Assembly (NCBI GenBank): GCA_964614215.1
Contig: CAZTKP010000001.1
Span: 1-60,127, forward strand
Origin: an uncultured Spirochaetales bacterium
Lineage (GTDB): Bacteria > UBP6 > UBA1177
Length of the DNA stretch: 60,127 nt
Direction of reading: 5' to 3'
The position numbers and the translations under genes were made by a program. Every line of letters begins with the position of its first letter. The stretch's first letter is position 1. Below the pieces are notes generated by a model. The model did no database searches, was not told where the DNA came from, and saw only the letters and a program-made list of their open reading frames with translations. This document shows, piece after piece, positions 1 through 9,994 of this stretch.

Positions 1-219
1 ACTTTTGTATCTATTTTTAAAACTCAGTTCATTTCCTGAGGAAAACTTCACTTTTCCTGTTTCGATCACAGTTTTTCTATTTACGGACCTGGAAGGAAAG
101 TGAAATCTTGTAAACTGTTTATAGAAATTATTGTAAAGACTGAGGATGGTCAGAACCCCCAGAATTATCAGTGCTGTAGGTCCTTTTTTTGAAACTTCTG
201 ATCTAATTTTTCCGAGCAT
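1..219 (-). CDS. hypothetical membrane protein, N-terminal part only (gene runs off the window start)
   Basis: ATG at 219, 4 nt downstream of the dnaB stop, and open for all 73 codons to position 1 (MLGKIRSEVSKKGPTALIILGVLTILSLYNNFYK...). It has one hydrophobic N-terminal helix. It is absent from the ORF track because there is no stop inside the window. Confidence 0.45.
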   Translation of the reverse strand, partial: MLGKIRSEVSKKGPTALIILGVLTILSLYNNFYKQFTRFHFPSRSVNRKTVIETGKVKFSSGNELSFKNRYKS

Positions 220-222
220 TTA

Positions 223-1587
223 TCAGATTTCGTCCGAATAGTTATCCATCGGCATAAACTTTGTGTACTGAGGAACAAATCTCAGTTTTACAATTCCCTG
301 CTGACCGTGTCTATTCTTCTGAACATAGATATTTGCAACATTATTCTTTTCACTTTCCTGCTTATAGACATCGTCCCGATGAATGAACATTACCATATCG
401 GCATCCTGTTCAATAGCTCCGGAATCCTTAAGGTCACTAAGCATCGGAATTTTTGTGGATCTGTCTTCAAGCTTTCTGTTCAGCTGGGCAAGAGCAACGA
501 TCGGGATACCCATATCCTTTGCAAACAGCTTTATGTTTCTTGAAATATCCTCGACCTGACGGACTCTATCCTCTCTGTAGACATTTGATGACATAAGCTG
601 AAGATAGTCTATCATTATGCAGTCAAGCTTCTTCTTTCTGCCCTGCTTCATCAGCTCCGAATTAAGCTTCTTTGACCTTGATCTCAGATCGGAAACTGTA
701 AGTTTTGAAGTATCATCAATATAGATAGGCAGTTTACTGAGACTGTCATAGTATTTCCACAGCCTGTCTGTTTCTCCTTCGGCAAATTTGCCTGTAAGAA
801 GATGCTTGGCGTTAATGGAACATTCTGTCGCCATGATCCTTGTTCCAAGCTGACTTCGGGGCATTTCCAGAGAAAAGATCAGAATATTACTTCCCTTTTT
901 AGCCATTTCAATGGCCATATTGAGAGCAAAACTTGTCTTTCCCATTCCCGGACGTCCTGCAAGAACGATCATGTCACCCGGCTTAAAACCACTGCACAGA
1001 TTGTCAAGATGAGGATATCCCGAAGAAATTCCCGAAATGGTCTGGTTGCTGTCAACCCTTTCCTTGAGTTTTCCCATCTCTTCTTCCACAACATCCTTTA
1101 ACGGAAACACTGTGGAAGCATGCTTTCTGTTGCTGAGATCGATCAGCTCTGTCGTTGTCTGATCAACAACTTCATCAAAACTCAGAGTCTGCCTATACGC
1201 ATTTTCAGAACTATCGGCACAGACCTTTATCATTGACCTGTAAAGAGATTTTTCAATAAGAATATCGCAGTATTCCTTCAGTATATTTTCAGAAACGACC
1301 GGAGCTTTGTTGGCAAGTTCATACAGGTATTCAATATCTGGAACTCCTGTCTTATCCTGTATCGCAGACAGCTTATCAGAAACCGTTACAACATCAGGAG
1401 TCTTTCCTTCGTCAACGATCTGCATAATAGCCCGGAAAACATGACTGTTCCTTTCTTCATAGAAATCTTCTTTATAAAGACCCGTACCTTCAACGACACT
1501 AGCCAGTTTTCCATTAATAAGAAGACACCCCAGAAGAGATGTTTCCGCTTCTAGATGTCTCGGTAGCGTAAGAGGTGTAAGATCCAT
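223..1587 (-). CDS. dnaB: replicative DNA helicase DnaB
   Basis: 454 aa. The N-terminal DnaB domain reads LPRHLEAETSLLGCLL. Walker A is AGRPGMGKTSFALNMA, followed by IMIDYLQLM and ALAQLNR motifs. Confidence 0.95.
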   Translation of the reverse strand: MDLTPLTLPRHLEAETSLLGCLLINGKLASVVEGTGLYKEDFYEERNSHVFRAIMQIVDEGKTPDVVTVSDKLSAIQDKTGVPDIEYLYELANKAPVVSENILKEYCDILIEKSLYRSMIKVCADSSENAYRQTLSFDEVVDQTTTELIDLSNRKHASTVFPLKDVVEEEMGKLKERVDSNQTISGISSGYPHLDNLCSGFKPGDMIVLAGRPGMGKTSFALNMAIEMAKKGSNILIFSLEMPRSQLGTRIMATECSINAKHLLTGKFAEGETDRLWKYYDSLSKLPIYIDDTSKLTVSDLRSRSKKLNSELMKQGRKKKLDCIMIDYLQLMSSNVYREDRVRQVEDISRNIKLFAKDMGIPIVALAQLNRKLEDRSTKIPMLSDLKDSGAIEQDADMVMFIHRDDVYKQESEKNNVANIYVQKNRHGQQGIVKLRFVPQYTKFMPMDNYSDEI

Positions 1588-1592
1588 ACAGC

Positions 1593-2183
1593 TTACTCTT
1601 CAGGCTGAGGTTCTTCGGACTCGACAGTTTCTTCTGTCTCTTCTTCTTCCGTAGTCTCAGTTTCAGGAGTATCTGCTTCTGTAGTGGTTTCAGGTTCAAT
1701 AGATTCAGCTTCCATTTCAGGAGCTACAGTTTCATCGCTATCTTCAGCAACGACCCACAGCTTAAAAACACCGCGAACTTCTCTGAAAAGCTTTACTTCA
1801 ACTTCGTATACACCGCTTTTCTTAATGTTTCCATCAAGAATTATGTTGCGATGATCTATGTCAAAGCCCTGCTCTAAAAGAGCTTCTTTGATCTCACGGG
1901 TAGTAACGCTGCCGAAAAGTTTACCTTCTTCGCCGACTTTCTTTTCGATCCTGATCTCACATTCGGCAAGTTTATTGGCAAGAGCTGTAGCAACGCCAAC
2001 TTCGGTATCAATTCTTTTTGCTATCGCTCTTTTGTTGAACTCAAGCTCCTTGACATTTTTTTCATTTGCTAAAAAGGCAAATTTCTTCGGGATAAGATAG
2101 TTACGTGCATAACCGTCCTTAACCTTTACGATATCGCCCGCGCTTCCAAGTTTTTCAACATCTTTTGTAAGTATTACCTTCAT
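1593..2183 (-). CDS. rplI: 50S ribosomal protein L9 with a long acidic C-terminal extension
   Basis: MKVILTKDVEKLGSAGDIVKVKDGYARNYLIPK is the canonical L9 N-terminus. About 45 extra C-terminal residues are rich in E, T and D. Confidence 0.95.
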   Translation of the reverse strand: MKVILTKDVEKLGSAGDIVKVKDGYARNYLIPKKFAFLANEKNVKELEFNKRAIAKRIDTEVGVATALANKLAECEIRIEKKVGEEGKLFGSVTTREIKEALLEQGFDIDHRNIILDGNIKKSGVYEVEVKLFREVRGVFKLWVVAEDSDETVAPEMEAESIEPETTTEADTPETETTEEEETEETVESEEPQPEE

Positions 2184-2192
2184 TTTCGCCCC

Positions 2193-2414
2193 CTATCTTC
2201 CAGTTACGGTAAAGGGAAGCAGAGCAATTGTTCTAGCTCTTTTAATTTCCCTGGAAAGTTCTCTCTGATGTTTTGAGCATACACCGCTTATTCTTCTGGG
2301 AATTATTTTTCCTCTTTCTGTTACGTAGTTAAGAAGAACATCCGGATTTTTGTATGAAAGTTCCATGTCGCTGTTTATGCAGAAACGACATACTTTTCTT
2401 TTCTTATAAGCCAT
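2193..2414 (-). CDS. rpsR: 30S ribosomal protein S18
   Basis: 73 aa with CRFC near the N-terminus and the [32 protein letters not shown] signature. Confidence 0.95.
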   Translation of the reverse strand: MAYKKRKVCRFCINSDMELSYKNPDVLLNYVTERGKIIPRRISGVCSKHQRELSREIKRARTIALLPFTVTGR

Positions 2415-2429
2415 TTTTTACTCCTCTAA

Positions 2430-2936
2430 TTAAAGTTCCACATCCTTTTCATCGTCATCATCTTCAGCACCGTCAAGAGATTTCTGAAGCTCTTCGTTGT
2501 ACTTTCTTGAGTCTTCGATAGTCTTCTTTTCCTCTTTCTTTTCGACAGGCTTTTCCTCTTTCTTTTCAACAGGCTTTCTTTCTTCTTTCTCAAAAAGTGA
2601 AGCAACGCCTTTTGCATTTTCTTCAAGTTCTGCGATATCTTCAGCCTTGTCAACAACGATGGTCATGTACTTGAGAACACCTTCCCAGATGTTAAAGTTT
2701 CTCTCAAGCTCATCAACAAGTTCGCCGTTACCGACCAGATCAAAGAAAAGGTAATGACCCTTAAGGTTCTTTTTAATTTCGTAGGCGAGTTTTCTTTCGC
2801 CCCAGGATGCAAGATTAATTACTTTGCCGTTGTAATCATTGATAATTCCATCAACTCTTTCAACGAACTGCCTGATAGCTTCGTTTCCACCTTCAGGCTT
2901 AAGAATGGTAGTAAGCTCGTAATGTCTTTTTTTCAT
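2430..2936 (-). CDS. rpsF: 30S ribosomal protein S6 with a charged/acidic C-terminal extension
   Basis: MKKRHYELTTILKP and WGERKLAYEIKK are S6 motifs. The tail has repeated PVEKKEEK units and ends in DDDDEKDVEL. Confidence 0.93.
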   Translation of the reverse strand: MKKRHYELTTILKPEGGNEAIRQFVERVDGIINDYNGKVINLASWGERKLAYEIKKNLKGHYLFFDLVGNGELVDELERNFNIWEGVLKYMTIVVDKAEDIAELEENAKGVASLFEKEERKPVEKKEEKPVEKKEEKKTIEDSRKYNEELQKSLDGAEDDDDEKDVEL

Positions 2937-3021
2937 GTTTCCTCCTTACGGCTTTAAAGTCCAATTACTTACATTGAACAAGGAGATCTTTCCAATGTCC
3001 AAAAACCAATTTAACCCGCGG

Positions 3022-3049
3022 ATTGTAGTTAGGAAAGTGGATTTTGCAA
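3022..3049 (-). promoter_or_regulatory. candidate sigma70-type promoter of the rpsF-rpsR-rplI-dnaB array
   Basis: On the minus strand, TTGCAA (3049-3044), a 16-nt spacer, then TACAAT (3027-3022). This lies about 85 nt upstream of the rpsF ATG. Confidence 0.35.
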
Positions 3050-3067
3050 CTTTTTTATTTCTAGATA

Positions 3068-3913
3068 TTAATCTTCACAGACTTCCGGAAGATTATAACC
3101 AAGCTCAGAGGCATAGACGGGATCGATTAGTTTTCCTGTGGCGGAAACTTCAATATCGGTTGTGGTGAGTTCCTTAACTTCGAGTTTTGCTTCGCCGGAA
3201 ACTGCCCGGATACATTTGATGGCAACATTTGAGCCGTCATAGGAAAGATCTCCGTAAAGCGTATAGACCTGATTTTCGACAAAATCTATATCTGTGCCTG
3301 CCGCTAAGTTATCCGGAACATTAATCGCGAAAAATTTGGGGGTAAATGAAACAGCATCTATCCATGTTGTTGTGATCATTCCACCATCGCTAAATGCTGC
3401 AAACGGGAAGTCAACAACATCTTCAACATGCAGAACTGTGAACGTAAAATCTTCCTCAAAATAGGTGAATTCAGCATCCCCTGTTCCCGGAGTTATGTCA
3501 GACGGATTGCTTGTAGCATTTATCGGACCTTTGAAATCAACAGTGAAATCTCCTATCTCTGTCATCTCAGTGTCGGAAATACATTCACCATTTGTCGGGT
3601 GATAACCTTCATCACATTCACAGACAGCTTCACCTTCTTCATCAACACAGGTTGAATTTTCAGGACATTCTTTTTCGGCACAGGGATCAACAACATCTTC
3701 ATCCTGAACTTCTTCATCAGTAACATCCTTATCCTGTTCTGAAACATCTGTTGTCTCATCTGTAGCTTCATCTGTCGTTTCATCTGCCATTTCATCTGTT
3801 GTCTCGGCTGTATCTTCATCGTTTTCATCAACAGTTTTCTTGTCGTCACCACATGAAATAGTGAAAAGCGCAAAAACAACTACAAAGATGGTCAGCATTA
3901 GGCCTTTTTTCAT
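3068..3913 (-). CDS. secreted acidic lipoprotein with an EGF-like Cys-rich module (paralog of 32631..33524)
   Basis: Start moved to the ATG at 3913 (GGAGA upstream). Signal peptide plus lipobox (FTISC). D/E/T-rich linker. CAEKECPENSTCVDEEGEAVCECDEGYHPTNGEC has six-Cys EGF-like spacing. The beta-rich C-terminal domain ends in VCED. Confidence 0.75.
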   Translation of the reverse strand: MKKGLMLTIFVVVFALFTISCGDDKKTVDENDEDTAETTDEMADETTDEATDETTDVSEQDKDVTDEEVQDEDVVDPCAEKECPENSTCVDEEGEAVCECDEGYHPTNGECISDTEMTEIGDFTVDFKGPINATSNPSDITPGTGDAEFTYFEEDFTFTVLHVEDVVDFPFAAFSDGGMITTTWIDAVSFTPKFFAINVPDNLAAGTDIDFVENQVYTLYGDLSYDGSNVAIKCIRAVSGEAKLEVKELTTTDIEVSATGKLIDPVYASELGYNLPEVCED

Positions 3914-3999
3914 TTTTTTCTCCGCTGAATTATTACACACACACCATATTTTCCGTTAAAATGAAGAAAACACAAATTTTTATACAGTCAATTAAAGGA

Positions 4000-4740
4000 C
4001 TATTTCAGAATGAACTTAGGAAGGTTTTTTTCTGACAACCATTTCCTGTTCATATTGAGGGTGTTTTCCCACTGAGCAAAATCCAACTTCTCAAAAGGTC
4101 TATGCTCATAATGATATCCCACACTTAAATTAACACCGCAGATTTTCTTACAAATAACACTGATATCATTTTCTCCGGAACGATCCGGCTCTTTAAATCC
4201 TGTTTTTTCTGCAACATAACTTCTAAAATCATCTGTACCCACGTTGTAGCATTTAAAATCATTTTCTCCGGACCTGTCATATTCAATAGCGAACTGATGG
4301 GTTTCATTTATTTCTTCAACTATTTCAGGGAATTCACTTTGCAGAAAAGAGCTTCCCTTTAACTGCTGCTCCTGCCCGTCAACTACAAGAATTGAATGCC
4401 CCGAATCCTTTAAGAGCCATAATATTGCACATCCGGCCCTGTCATCGGCACCTACTCCGACAGACTCCGTTTCACTACGGAAAACCCCGTCTCGATAGAC
4501 AACTTTGTGCTCAAAAGGAGTCCCTTTTTTCCTTGTTCTATCCCAGGCTGTGTCCGCATGAGCGATTAAAAGCACTCTGTTTTTTCTTTTTCCCGGGACA
4601 TAAACAAACTTTCTTGATCCGAACCCCTTAACAACAGCTCCTTTAAGCTCTGAAAATCTTTCTACAATTTCATCACCACTTCTAAGGGAACAATCTAGAA
4701 ACTCTTTTAATACAGCAAAATCATTCAACACTCTCTCCAT
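4000..4740 (-). CDS. putative zinc-metallopeptidase-fold protein (M20/M28/M42-like), function uncertain
   Basis: The ligand-like motifs LLIAHADTAWD, VGADDRAGCAILWLL and YHYEH resemble the HxD / D / H set of co-catalytic metallopeptidases. There is an internal duplicated DRSGEND motif. Confidence 0.4.
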   Translation of the reverse strand: MERVLNDFAVLKEFLDCSLRSGDEIVERFSELKGAVVKGFGSRKFVYVPGKRKNRVLLIAHADTAWDRTRKKGTPFEHKVVYRDGVFRSETESVGVGADDRAGCAILWLLKDSGHSILVVDGQEQQLKGSSFLQSEFPEIVEEINETHQFAIEYDRSGENDFKCYNVGTDDFRSYVAEKTGFKEPDRSGENDISVICKKICGVNLSVGYHYEHRPFEKLDFAQWENTLNMNRKWLSEKNLPKFILK

Positions 4741-4855
4741 CCTGAATTGTTTGTTTAGATTACTTAAAACCTAGTGTGGAGCATACTTACAAAAGGAGAC
4801 TTGTAAAGGAATACCCCTTCTGAAAGAGTAAAAAAGAGATGTCTGAGAACTTTTT

Positions 4856-4890
4856 AGAAAATCTAAGCGGGCGAACCAATTTATCCGCCC
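4856..4890 (-). terminator. possible intrinsic terminator after the RRM-protein gene
   Basis: Minus strand reads GGGCGGA-taaattgg-TTCGCCC (a 7-bp stem with one G-U pair, 4869-4890), followed by GCTTAGATTTTCT. Confidence 0.3.
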
Positions 4891-4935
4891 ACCAGATCAA
4901 TGTGAGTATTTCAGAAGACTAGAAAAAATCCTTAT

Positions 4936-5211
4936 CTATCTGCCGAAACCGCCTTTGGGGAATCTTTCTTCACGCGGACGTGCTTCGTTGACAGCAAGTG
5001 CTCTGCCCATCAGTTCCTTTCCATTAAGGGCACTGATTGCTTTGGTTGCCTCATCTTTGTTCGGCATTTCTACAAAACCGAACCCTTTTGAGCGATCAGA
5101 GTCGCGTTCAGTGATAAATCTTACTGATTCAACTGTTCCAAATTCTTCAAAAGCTGACCTGAGTTCATTTTCGCTTAATTTGTAAGCGATGTTTCCAACA
5201 TAAATGTTCAT
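4936..5211 (-). CDS. RRM-type RNA-binding protein (Rbp-like, glycine-rich tail)
   Basis: Start moved to the internal ATG at 5211. MNIYVGNIAYKLSE is RNP2 and KGFGFVEM is RNP1. The C-terminus is PKGGFGR. Confidence 0.9.
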   Translation of the reverse strand: MNIYVGNIAYKLSENELRSAFEEFGTVESVRFITERDSDRSKGFGFVEMPNKDEATKAISALNGKELMGRALAVNEARPREERFPKGGFGR

Positions 5212-5394
5212 TCTTTTTCTCTCAAAACTTACCATGATTAAAATAATGTGGATGACTGTCCATGGTATGACGGGAAATCCAAAATAATTCGAACGCTGTC
5301 CGTAGGTTGTTAAGGACAACAGCTAGGGTTATACTTATATAGTTCAATAATGTCAAGTCATTAATTTATAAGTATAAAAATTATCCGAAAATAT

Positions 5395-6498
5395 TTACTT
5401 CGCCATTTTCTTAAGAATTATTTTCTGGATGGTCTCAAGGAGAGGTTCACACTCATCGATCGTCAGATGTTTTGCATCTTTACAGAGCGGCTCTTCTGCA
5501 TTCTTGATCTTTTTAGAGTTTTCAGCATCAAAACTGTCTTTGTTGACATTTATATGAACACTGTCATCGAACTCTTTGCCCATAAAATAGGCCCTGTGTC
5601 CCGTCTGAGACGTATCTTCATGATTCTGGTAGAAGTTGTAGAACTCCTTTATATTCTGCCTGAAAAGCAGAATGTCGCCCGGATTATCGTAATGTCTTTT
5701 CACCTGACAGGACATATCAACACCAATGAACATATCAATTGGAATATTTTCAAGTCCACCTCGGGAGCCGCCTTTCTCTCCGGCAACAGCGTGATGAAGT
5801 TTGCATGCACCCATACTTTTTCCGACCATAATAACTTTCGGTTTTACTCCTGTAACTTCCTTCATCAGCATAATGGCATTCTTAATGTTCTCGCTGAAAA
5901 GCCATGTCGCCATCCTGGGTCTGCCGTAAGAACCGATGCAAAGAGCCTCGGGAGCTATTTCAGGAGTAAGATAGTTCTCACAGAACCACTCAATTCCGTC
6001 ATGACCGAGCATTCCGCCAAAACCGCCTGAAGCAACAACAAGGTATCTATGCTGCTTTTCAACTTTGAGCTTTCTCGGCCAGATCGCGTTCATAGCTCTG
6101 ATCTTTTCGCATGCATACCAGTTCGTTCCGGGACCCACAAAAGATTCTATTCTTGTAAATGCAACTCCGCAGTTAAAGGTCGGATAACAGTGGCTGCATT
6201 TGTAATTTTCTTTACAGAACTTCTGACATTTTTCCCAGTTATCACTTTTTACAGGTTTACAGGCAGAGTAGTTATTTCCCGGACCTGAAAATGTCTTTAT
6301 TTTTTCATGTTTTATTCTGCAGAAATTCGACTCTCTGCACTCTGTGCATTCCGGATCATCTGCGCAGTATTTCTGGCAGGCAACCTGATTTTCATTGAAG
6401 AAAGCGCTTTCTATCTCATAAGGGTCATACTTCTTTTCCTGAGCGGAAACTGAAATAACCACAAAAAAAGCCACAACTAGAAAACGTGCAACTTTCAT
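5395..6498 (-). CDS. secreted protein: two tandem 6-Cys modules plus an alpha/beta-hydrolase-like domain
   Basis: ATG at 6498 (the track start is TTG). Signal peptide present. Residues 41-80 and 91-130 repeat the pattern C-x3-C-x5-C-x2-C-x5-C-x11-GPG-x5-C. GKSMG is a GxSxG nucleophile-elbow candidate. Confidence 0.6.
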   Translation of the reverse strand: MKVARFLVVAFFVVISVSAQEKKYDPYEIESAFFNENQVACQKYCADDPECTECRESNFCRIKHEKIKTFSGPGNNYSACKPVKSDNWEKCQKFCKENYKCSHCYPTFNCGVAFTRIESFVGPGTNWYACEKIRAMNAIWPRKLKVEKQHRYLVVASGGFGGMLGHDGIEWFCENYLTPEIAPEALCIGSYGRPRMATWLFSENIKNAIMLMKEVTGVKPKVIMVGKSMGACKLHHAVAGEKGGSRGGLENIPIDMFIGVDMSCQVKRHYDNPGDILLFRQNIKEFYNFYQNHEDTSQTGHRAYFMGKEFDDSVHINVNKDSFDAENSKKIKNAEEPLCKDAKHLTIDECEPLLETIQKIILKKMAK

Positions 6499-6506
6499 AA
6501 AAGGTC

Positions 6507-8600
6507 TCAAAGAAAAGGTGCAATTACAAGCGCGATAACACTAATGAGTTTTACAAGAATATTAAGACTTGGACCGGCTGTATCTTTAAAAGGATCACCA
6601 ACTGTATCTCCGACAACTGAAGCTTTATGAGCTTCACTGTTCTTTCCGCCGTTGTGACCTTCTTCAATATATTTTTTCGCATTGTCCCATGCTCCACCTG
6701 CATTTGACATGAAAATTGCAAGTGTAACACCTGAAGCCGTAACGCCTACAAGAAGTCCCGCCAGCATTTTCGCATCGTACATTCCTACAGCGATAGGAGC
6801 TGCAAGAGCAAGAAGTCCGGGAGCTATCATTTTTTTAATAGCTGCGGCAGTAGAGATCTCTACACACTTTCTAAAGTCAGCCTGTACACCCGGTTTTCCT
6901 TCAAGAAGTCCTGCGATCTCTTTGAACTGACGACGAACCTCTACGATCATCTCACCGGCAGCCTGTCCAACAGCCTTCATTGCAAAAGCACTGAAAAGAT
7001 ATGGTAGAACTGCTCCGATAAAAACTCCGGATACCACAAGCGGATTTGAGATGTCAATTCCGCCTTCTATCAGTTCAGGTCTCAGCGAAGTTTTAAAAGC
7101 ACTGAAAAGAGCAAGTGCTGTAAGAGCAGCTGAACCTATTGCAAAGCCTTTTCCGATAGCCGCAGTCGTGTTACCCACCGCATCAAGCTTATCTGTTCTT
7201 TCACGTACACTCTTATCTAGATGAGCCATTTCAGCAATACCGCCGGCGTTATCGGCGATCGGGCCGTAAGCATCGATCGCAAGCTGGATACCGATCGTTG
7301 AAAGCATCCCCACAGCCGCCATAGCAATTCCGTAAAGTCCTGCAAAATGGAAACATGCAAGAATAGCAAGCGCAATAATTATAATCGGATAGAATGTCGA
7401 TCTCATTCCTACACCGAGACCGCTTATAATGTTAGTTGCTGTTCCTGTTTCAGATTCTGTTGCTATCTCAACAACAGGTTTTTTACCGCTTCCCGTGTAG
7501 TATTCAGTAATAAAACCGATAGCCGTACCGACAACAACTCCGAGAACAACTGTTATAAAAAGTCCTAGTGATGTGTATTCAACTCCATCAACGGCAACTT
7601 TTGCAGGCATGAAAGAGTCAATAATGAACCATGCGCCTACGATCATAATGCCGGCTGCAATGAAAGTTCCCATATTGAGAGCCTTCTGAGGATCTCCCCC
7701 TTCCTTAACTCTTACAAAGAACGTTCCTACAACTGAAGCGATAACACCGAAAGCTGAGAGAAGGAACGGAAGAAGAACAGGGTAGAAATTTCCCGAACTC
7801 TTCGCCCAGACAACTCCAAGTATCATTGAACTGATAAGAGCTCCGATATAACTTTCAAAAAGATCTGCGCCCATTCCTGCAACATCACCCACATTATCAC
7901 CTACATTGTCAGCAATAACAGCAGGGTTTCTGGGATCATCTTCAGGAATACCGGCCTCGACTTTTCCCACCAGATCAGCTCCGACATCCGCAGCTTTTGT
8001 GTATATTCCTCCACCGACTCTCGCAAAAAGTGCAATAGAGCTGGCTCCGAGACTGAACCCGGTGAGAATGTTAAGAATTCTTATTATCGTTACATCGCTG
8101 GATAGATCCATTGTAAGACTACCGTTGAAAACGAACATATAGACAATGAAAAGCACTGAAAGTCCGAAAAGTCCGAATCCTACAACACTCAGCCCCATCA
8201 CAGCTCCACCGTTGAATGCAACTTTAAGCGCACTGTTCAGGTTGCTTCTTGCCGCATTTGCCGTACGGACATTACTCATTGTGGCGGTTTTCATTCCGAC
8301 ATAACCTGCAAGTGCACTGAACAAAGCGCCTAAAACAAACGAAAAAGCTATTATCGAATGACTACTTTCGCTATTAAAATTAATTATCCCCAGAATTACT
8401 GCAACAACGACCACAAAGATCAGAAGAACTGAATATTCTTTTTTAAGGAAAGCCATTGCACCGTCACTGATGTTCTTTGCAATAGTCTTCATCTCGTCAG
8501 TTCCCGCTTCCTGCCTTCTGATCCAGAAAAACTTGAACAAAGCGACCGCCAGAGCGATCAAAGCAGCAACAGGAACTGCAAAAATCATAAATTCTTTCAT
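6507..8600 (-). CDS. hppA: membrane-bound ion-pumping pyrophosphatase, K+-dependent type
   Basis: Motifs [18 protein letters not shown] and [26 protein letters not shown] has Ala rather than Lys, which marks the K+-dependent subfamily. Start set to the ATG at 8600, preceded by AGGAGGG. Confidence 0.93.
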   Translation of the reverse strand: MKEFMIFAVPVAALIALAVALFKFFWIRRQEAGTDEMKTIAKNISDGAMAFLKKEYSVLLIFVVVVAVILGIINFNSESSHSIIAFSFVLGALFSALAGYVGMKTATMSNVRTANAARSNLNSALKVAFNGGAVMGLSVVGFGLFGLSVLFIVYMFVFNGSLTMDLSSDVTIIRILNILTGFSLGASSIALFARVGGGIYTKAADVGADLVGKVEAGIPEDDPRNPAVIADNVGDNVGDVAGMGADLFESYIGALISSMILGVVWAKSSGNFYPVLLPFLLSAFGVIASVVGTFFVRVKEGGDPQKALNMGTFIAAGIMIVGAWFIIDSFMPAKVAVDGVEYTSLGLFITVVLGVVVGTAIGFITEYYTGSGKKPVVEIATESETGTATNIISGLGVGMRSTFYPIIIIALAILACFHFAGLYGIAMAAVGMLSTIGIQLAIDAYGPIADNAGGIAEMAHLDKSVRERTDKLDAVGNTTAAIGKGFAIGSAALTALALFSAFKTSLRPELIEGGIDISNPLVVSGVFIGAVLPYLFSAFAMKAVGQAAGEMIVEVRRQFKEIAGLLEGKPGVQADFRKCVEISTAAAIKKMIAPGLLALAAPIAVGMYDAKMLAGLLVGVTASGVTLAIFMSNAGGAWDNAKKYIEEGHNGGKNSEAHKASVVGDTVGDPFKDTAGPSLNILVKLISVIALVIAPFL

Positions 8601-8601
8601 A

Positions 8602-9216
8602 TTATCTAACCCTCCTATTAAAATCATTCATTGCATGGAACAGCCCTTTTTCCAAAATAGTTCTAAACATCTGCTCCCATGACAAAGCCCAGGAATTATC
8701 CATAAAGCTCAACTCATCGTCAAGAAAATTTGTCAGGACATAATCCTTTAACATTTCTCTGTCTTCGGGTTTTCCAATCCCCAGTTTTATTCTGTTAAAA
8801 TCACAGTGTCCCAACTCCTCCTGAATGGATATTATGCCGTTATGACCTCCGTCACCTCCGCCTCCGGACTTTATCCGGTGCACACCAAAATCAAGATGAA
8901 TGTCATCATGAACAATAAAGAGATCTTCCTTTTTCACTGAAAAGGCATCTACAGCGGGAGCAACAGATTTTCCCGACAGATTCATATAGGTGTTAGGCTT
9001 TATGATAACAATGTTTTTATCAAATTTTTCAGTTACCGAAATATAAGCTCTCATTTTTTCACAGTACTGATAGTCACTCAATTTAAAAGAGCTCACTATA
9101 TGATCTGCAAAAATGAAACCTATATTGTGACGTGTTGCGACATAACGATTTCCGGGATTACCAAGTGCAGCAAAAAGAACTGCCCCGTCCGGCTCGATAG
9201 ATGAACTTTCCTGCAC
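8602..9216 (-). CDS. pth: peptidyl-tRNA hydrolase
   Basis: [18 protein letters not shown] and HDDIHLDFG motifs. Confidence 0.9.
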   Translation of the reverse strand: MQESSSIEPDGAVLFAALGNPGNRYVATRHNIGFIFADHIVSSFKLSDYQYCEKMRAYISVTEKFDKNIVIIKPNTYMNLSGKSVAPAVDAFSVKKEDLFIVHDDIHLDFGVHRIKSGGGGDGGHNGIISIQEELGHCDFNRIKLGIGKPEDREMLKDYVLTNFLDDELSFMDNSWALSWEQMFRTILEKGLFHAMNDFNRRVR

Positions 9217-9225
9217 GGATCTTTA

Positions 9226-9897
9226 CTATTCAGCTTTCTCTTCTGAAGCTTCTCCTGCTTCGCCTTGAGCTCCCTCAGCACCCTCAGCTCCTTCAGCTGC
9301 AGCGAGAGCTTCTGCTTCGGCCTCTTCTTCTTCAAGAGACTGGCCTCTTCCTTTATTGAAAACAAAAACAGGGGTATCCTGTACGAAAACAGGAGTAACG
9401 TTCTCAGGATAGGTAAGCTGAGAGATTGCAACTCTGTCCCCGATATCATACTGTGTGATATCAACATCTATTCCGGCAGGAATATAAGCTGGCCTGCATT
9501 TGACTTTGACATCTTTAACAACCTGAAAAGCTCTGCCGCCCACAATTTCGGCCTGAGATTTTCCGAACTTGGAAACAGGAACTGTAACTACAAGTTCCAC
9601 ATCTTCTTCAACAGCCATGAAATCAGCATGAATAATGTAGTTTTTTACAGGATGAATCTGAAGGTTGTGAGTAATTGCCTTTACAGGTTTTCCTTCAACA
9701 TTCAGCTCAAATACAACATTCGTACCCTGAGATGTATGAAGCGCCTTAATGTAATCTTTTCTTAAAACACTTCCGCTGATATTTTTTTCTAAACTTTTGC
9801 CGTAGATCTCCACAGGGATCATTTCATTTTTTCTTACAGCCTTTACCTGTTTTTTCCCAGGCTCTCTTTTTTCCACATTGAGCTTAATGTATTCCAT
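9226..9897 (-). CDS. rplY: 50S ribosomal protein L25 / Ctc form, acidic Ala/Glu-rich tail
   Basis: 223 aa. The Ctc-type two-domain L25 has VRKNEMIPVEIYGK. The C-terminal tail is EEEEAEAEALAAAEGAEGAEGAQGEAGEASEE. Confidence 0.88.
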   Translation of the reverse strand: MEYIKLNVEKREPGKKQVKAVRKNEMIPVEIYGKSLEKNISGSVLRKDYIKALHTSQGTNVVFELNVEGKPVKAITHNLQIHPVKNYIIHADFMAVEEDVELVVTVPVSKFGKSQAEIVGGRAFQVVKDVKVKCRPAYIPAGIDVDITQYDIGDRVAISQLTYPENVTPVFVQDTPVFVFNKGRGQSLEEEEAEAEALAAAEGAEGAEGAQGEAGEASEEKAE

Positions 9898-9916
9898 TTG
9901 TTCCTCCAGTGCTCTC

Positions 9917-9991
9917 TGGCTGGGGCGGGAGGATTCGAACCCCCGGATGCTAGGACCAAAACCTAGTGTCTTACCGCTTGACGACGCCCCA
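9917..9991 (-). tRNA. tRNA-Gln (anticodon UUG)
   Basis: The reverse complement folds as a cloverleaf. The acceptor stem is TGGGGCG/CGCCCCA. The anticodon stem is CTAGG/CCTAG with loop TTTTGGT. The T arm is GGGGG-TTCGAAT-CCTCC. G discriminator and encoded CCA. It is close to E. coli tRNA-Gln. Confidence 0.9.
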
Positions 9992-9994
9992 AAG

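Noticed and set aside
3562-3879. Nested same-strand alternative-frame ORFs inside acidic-linker genes: 3562..3879, 12955..13341, 38023..38238, 2426..2656 and 9120..9467.
   Set aside because: They are K/M/R-rich frameshifted readings of GA-rich acidic-tail coding sequence. There is no independent start context or motif.
9917-9991. tRNA-Gln as a potential integration hotspot for a genomic island.
   Set aside because: The tRNA is wedged 3 nt from ispE and 19 nt from rplY, inside a housekeeping array. There is no integrase, no duplicated tRNA 3' end, and no accessory genes alongside.
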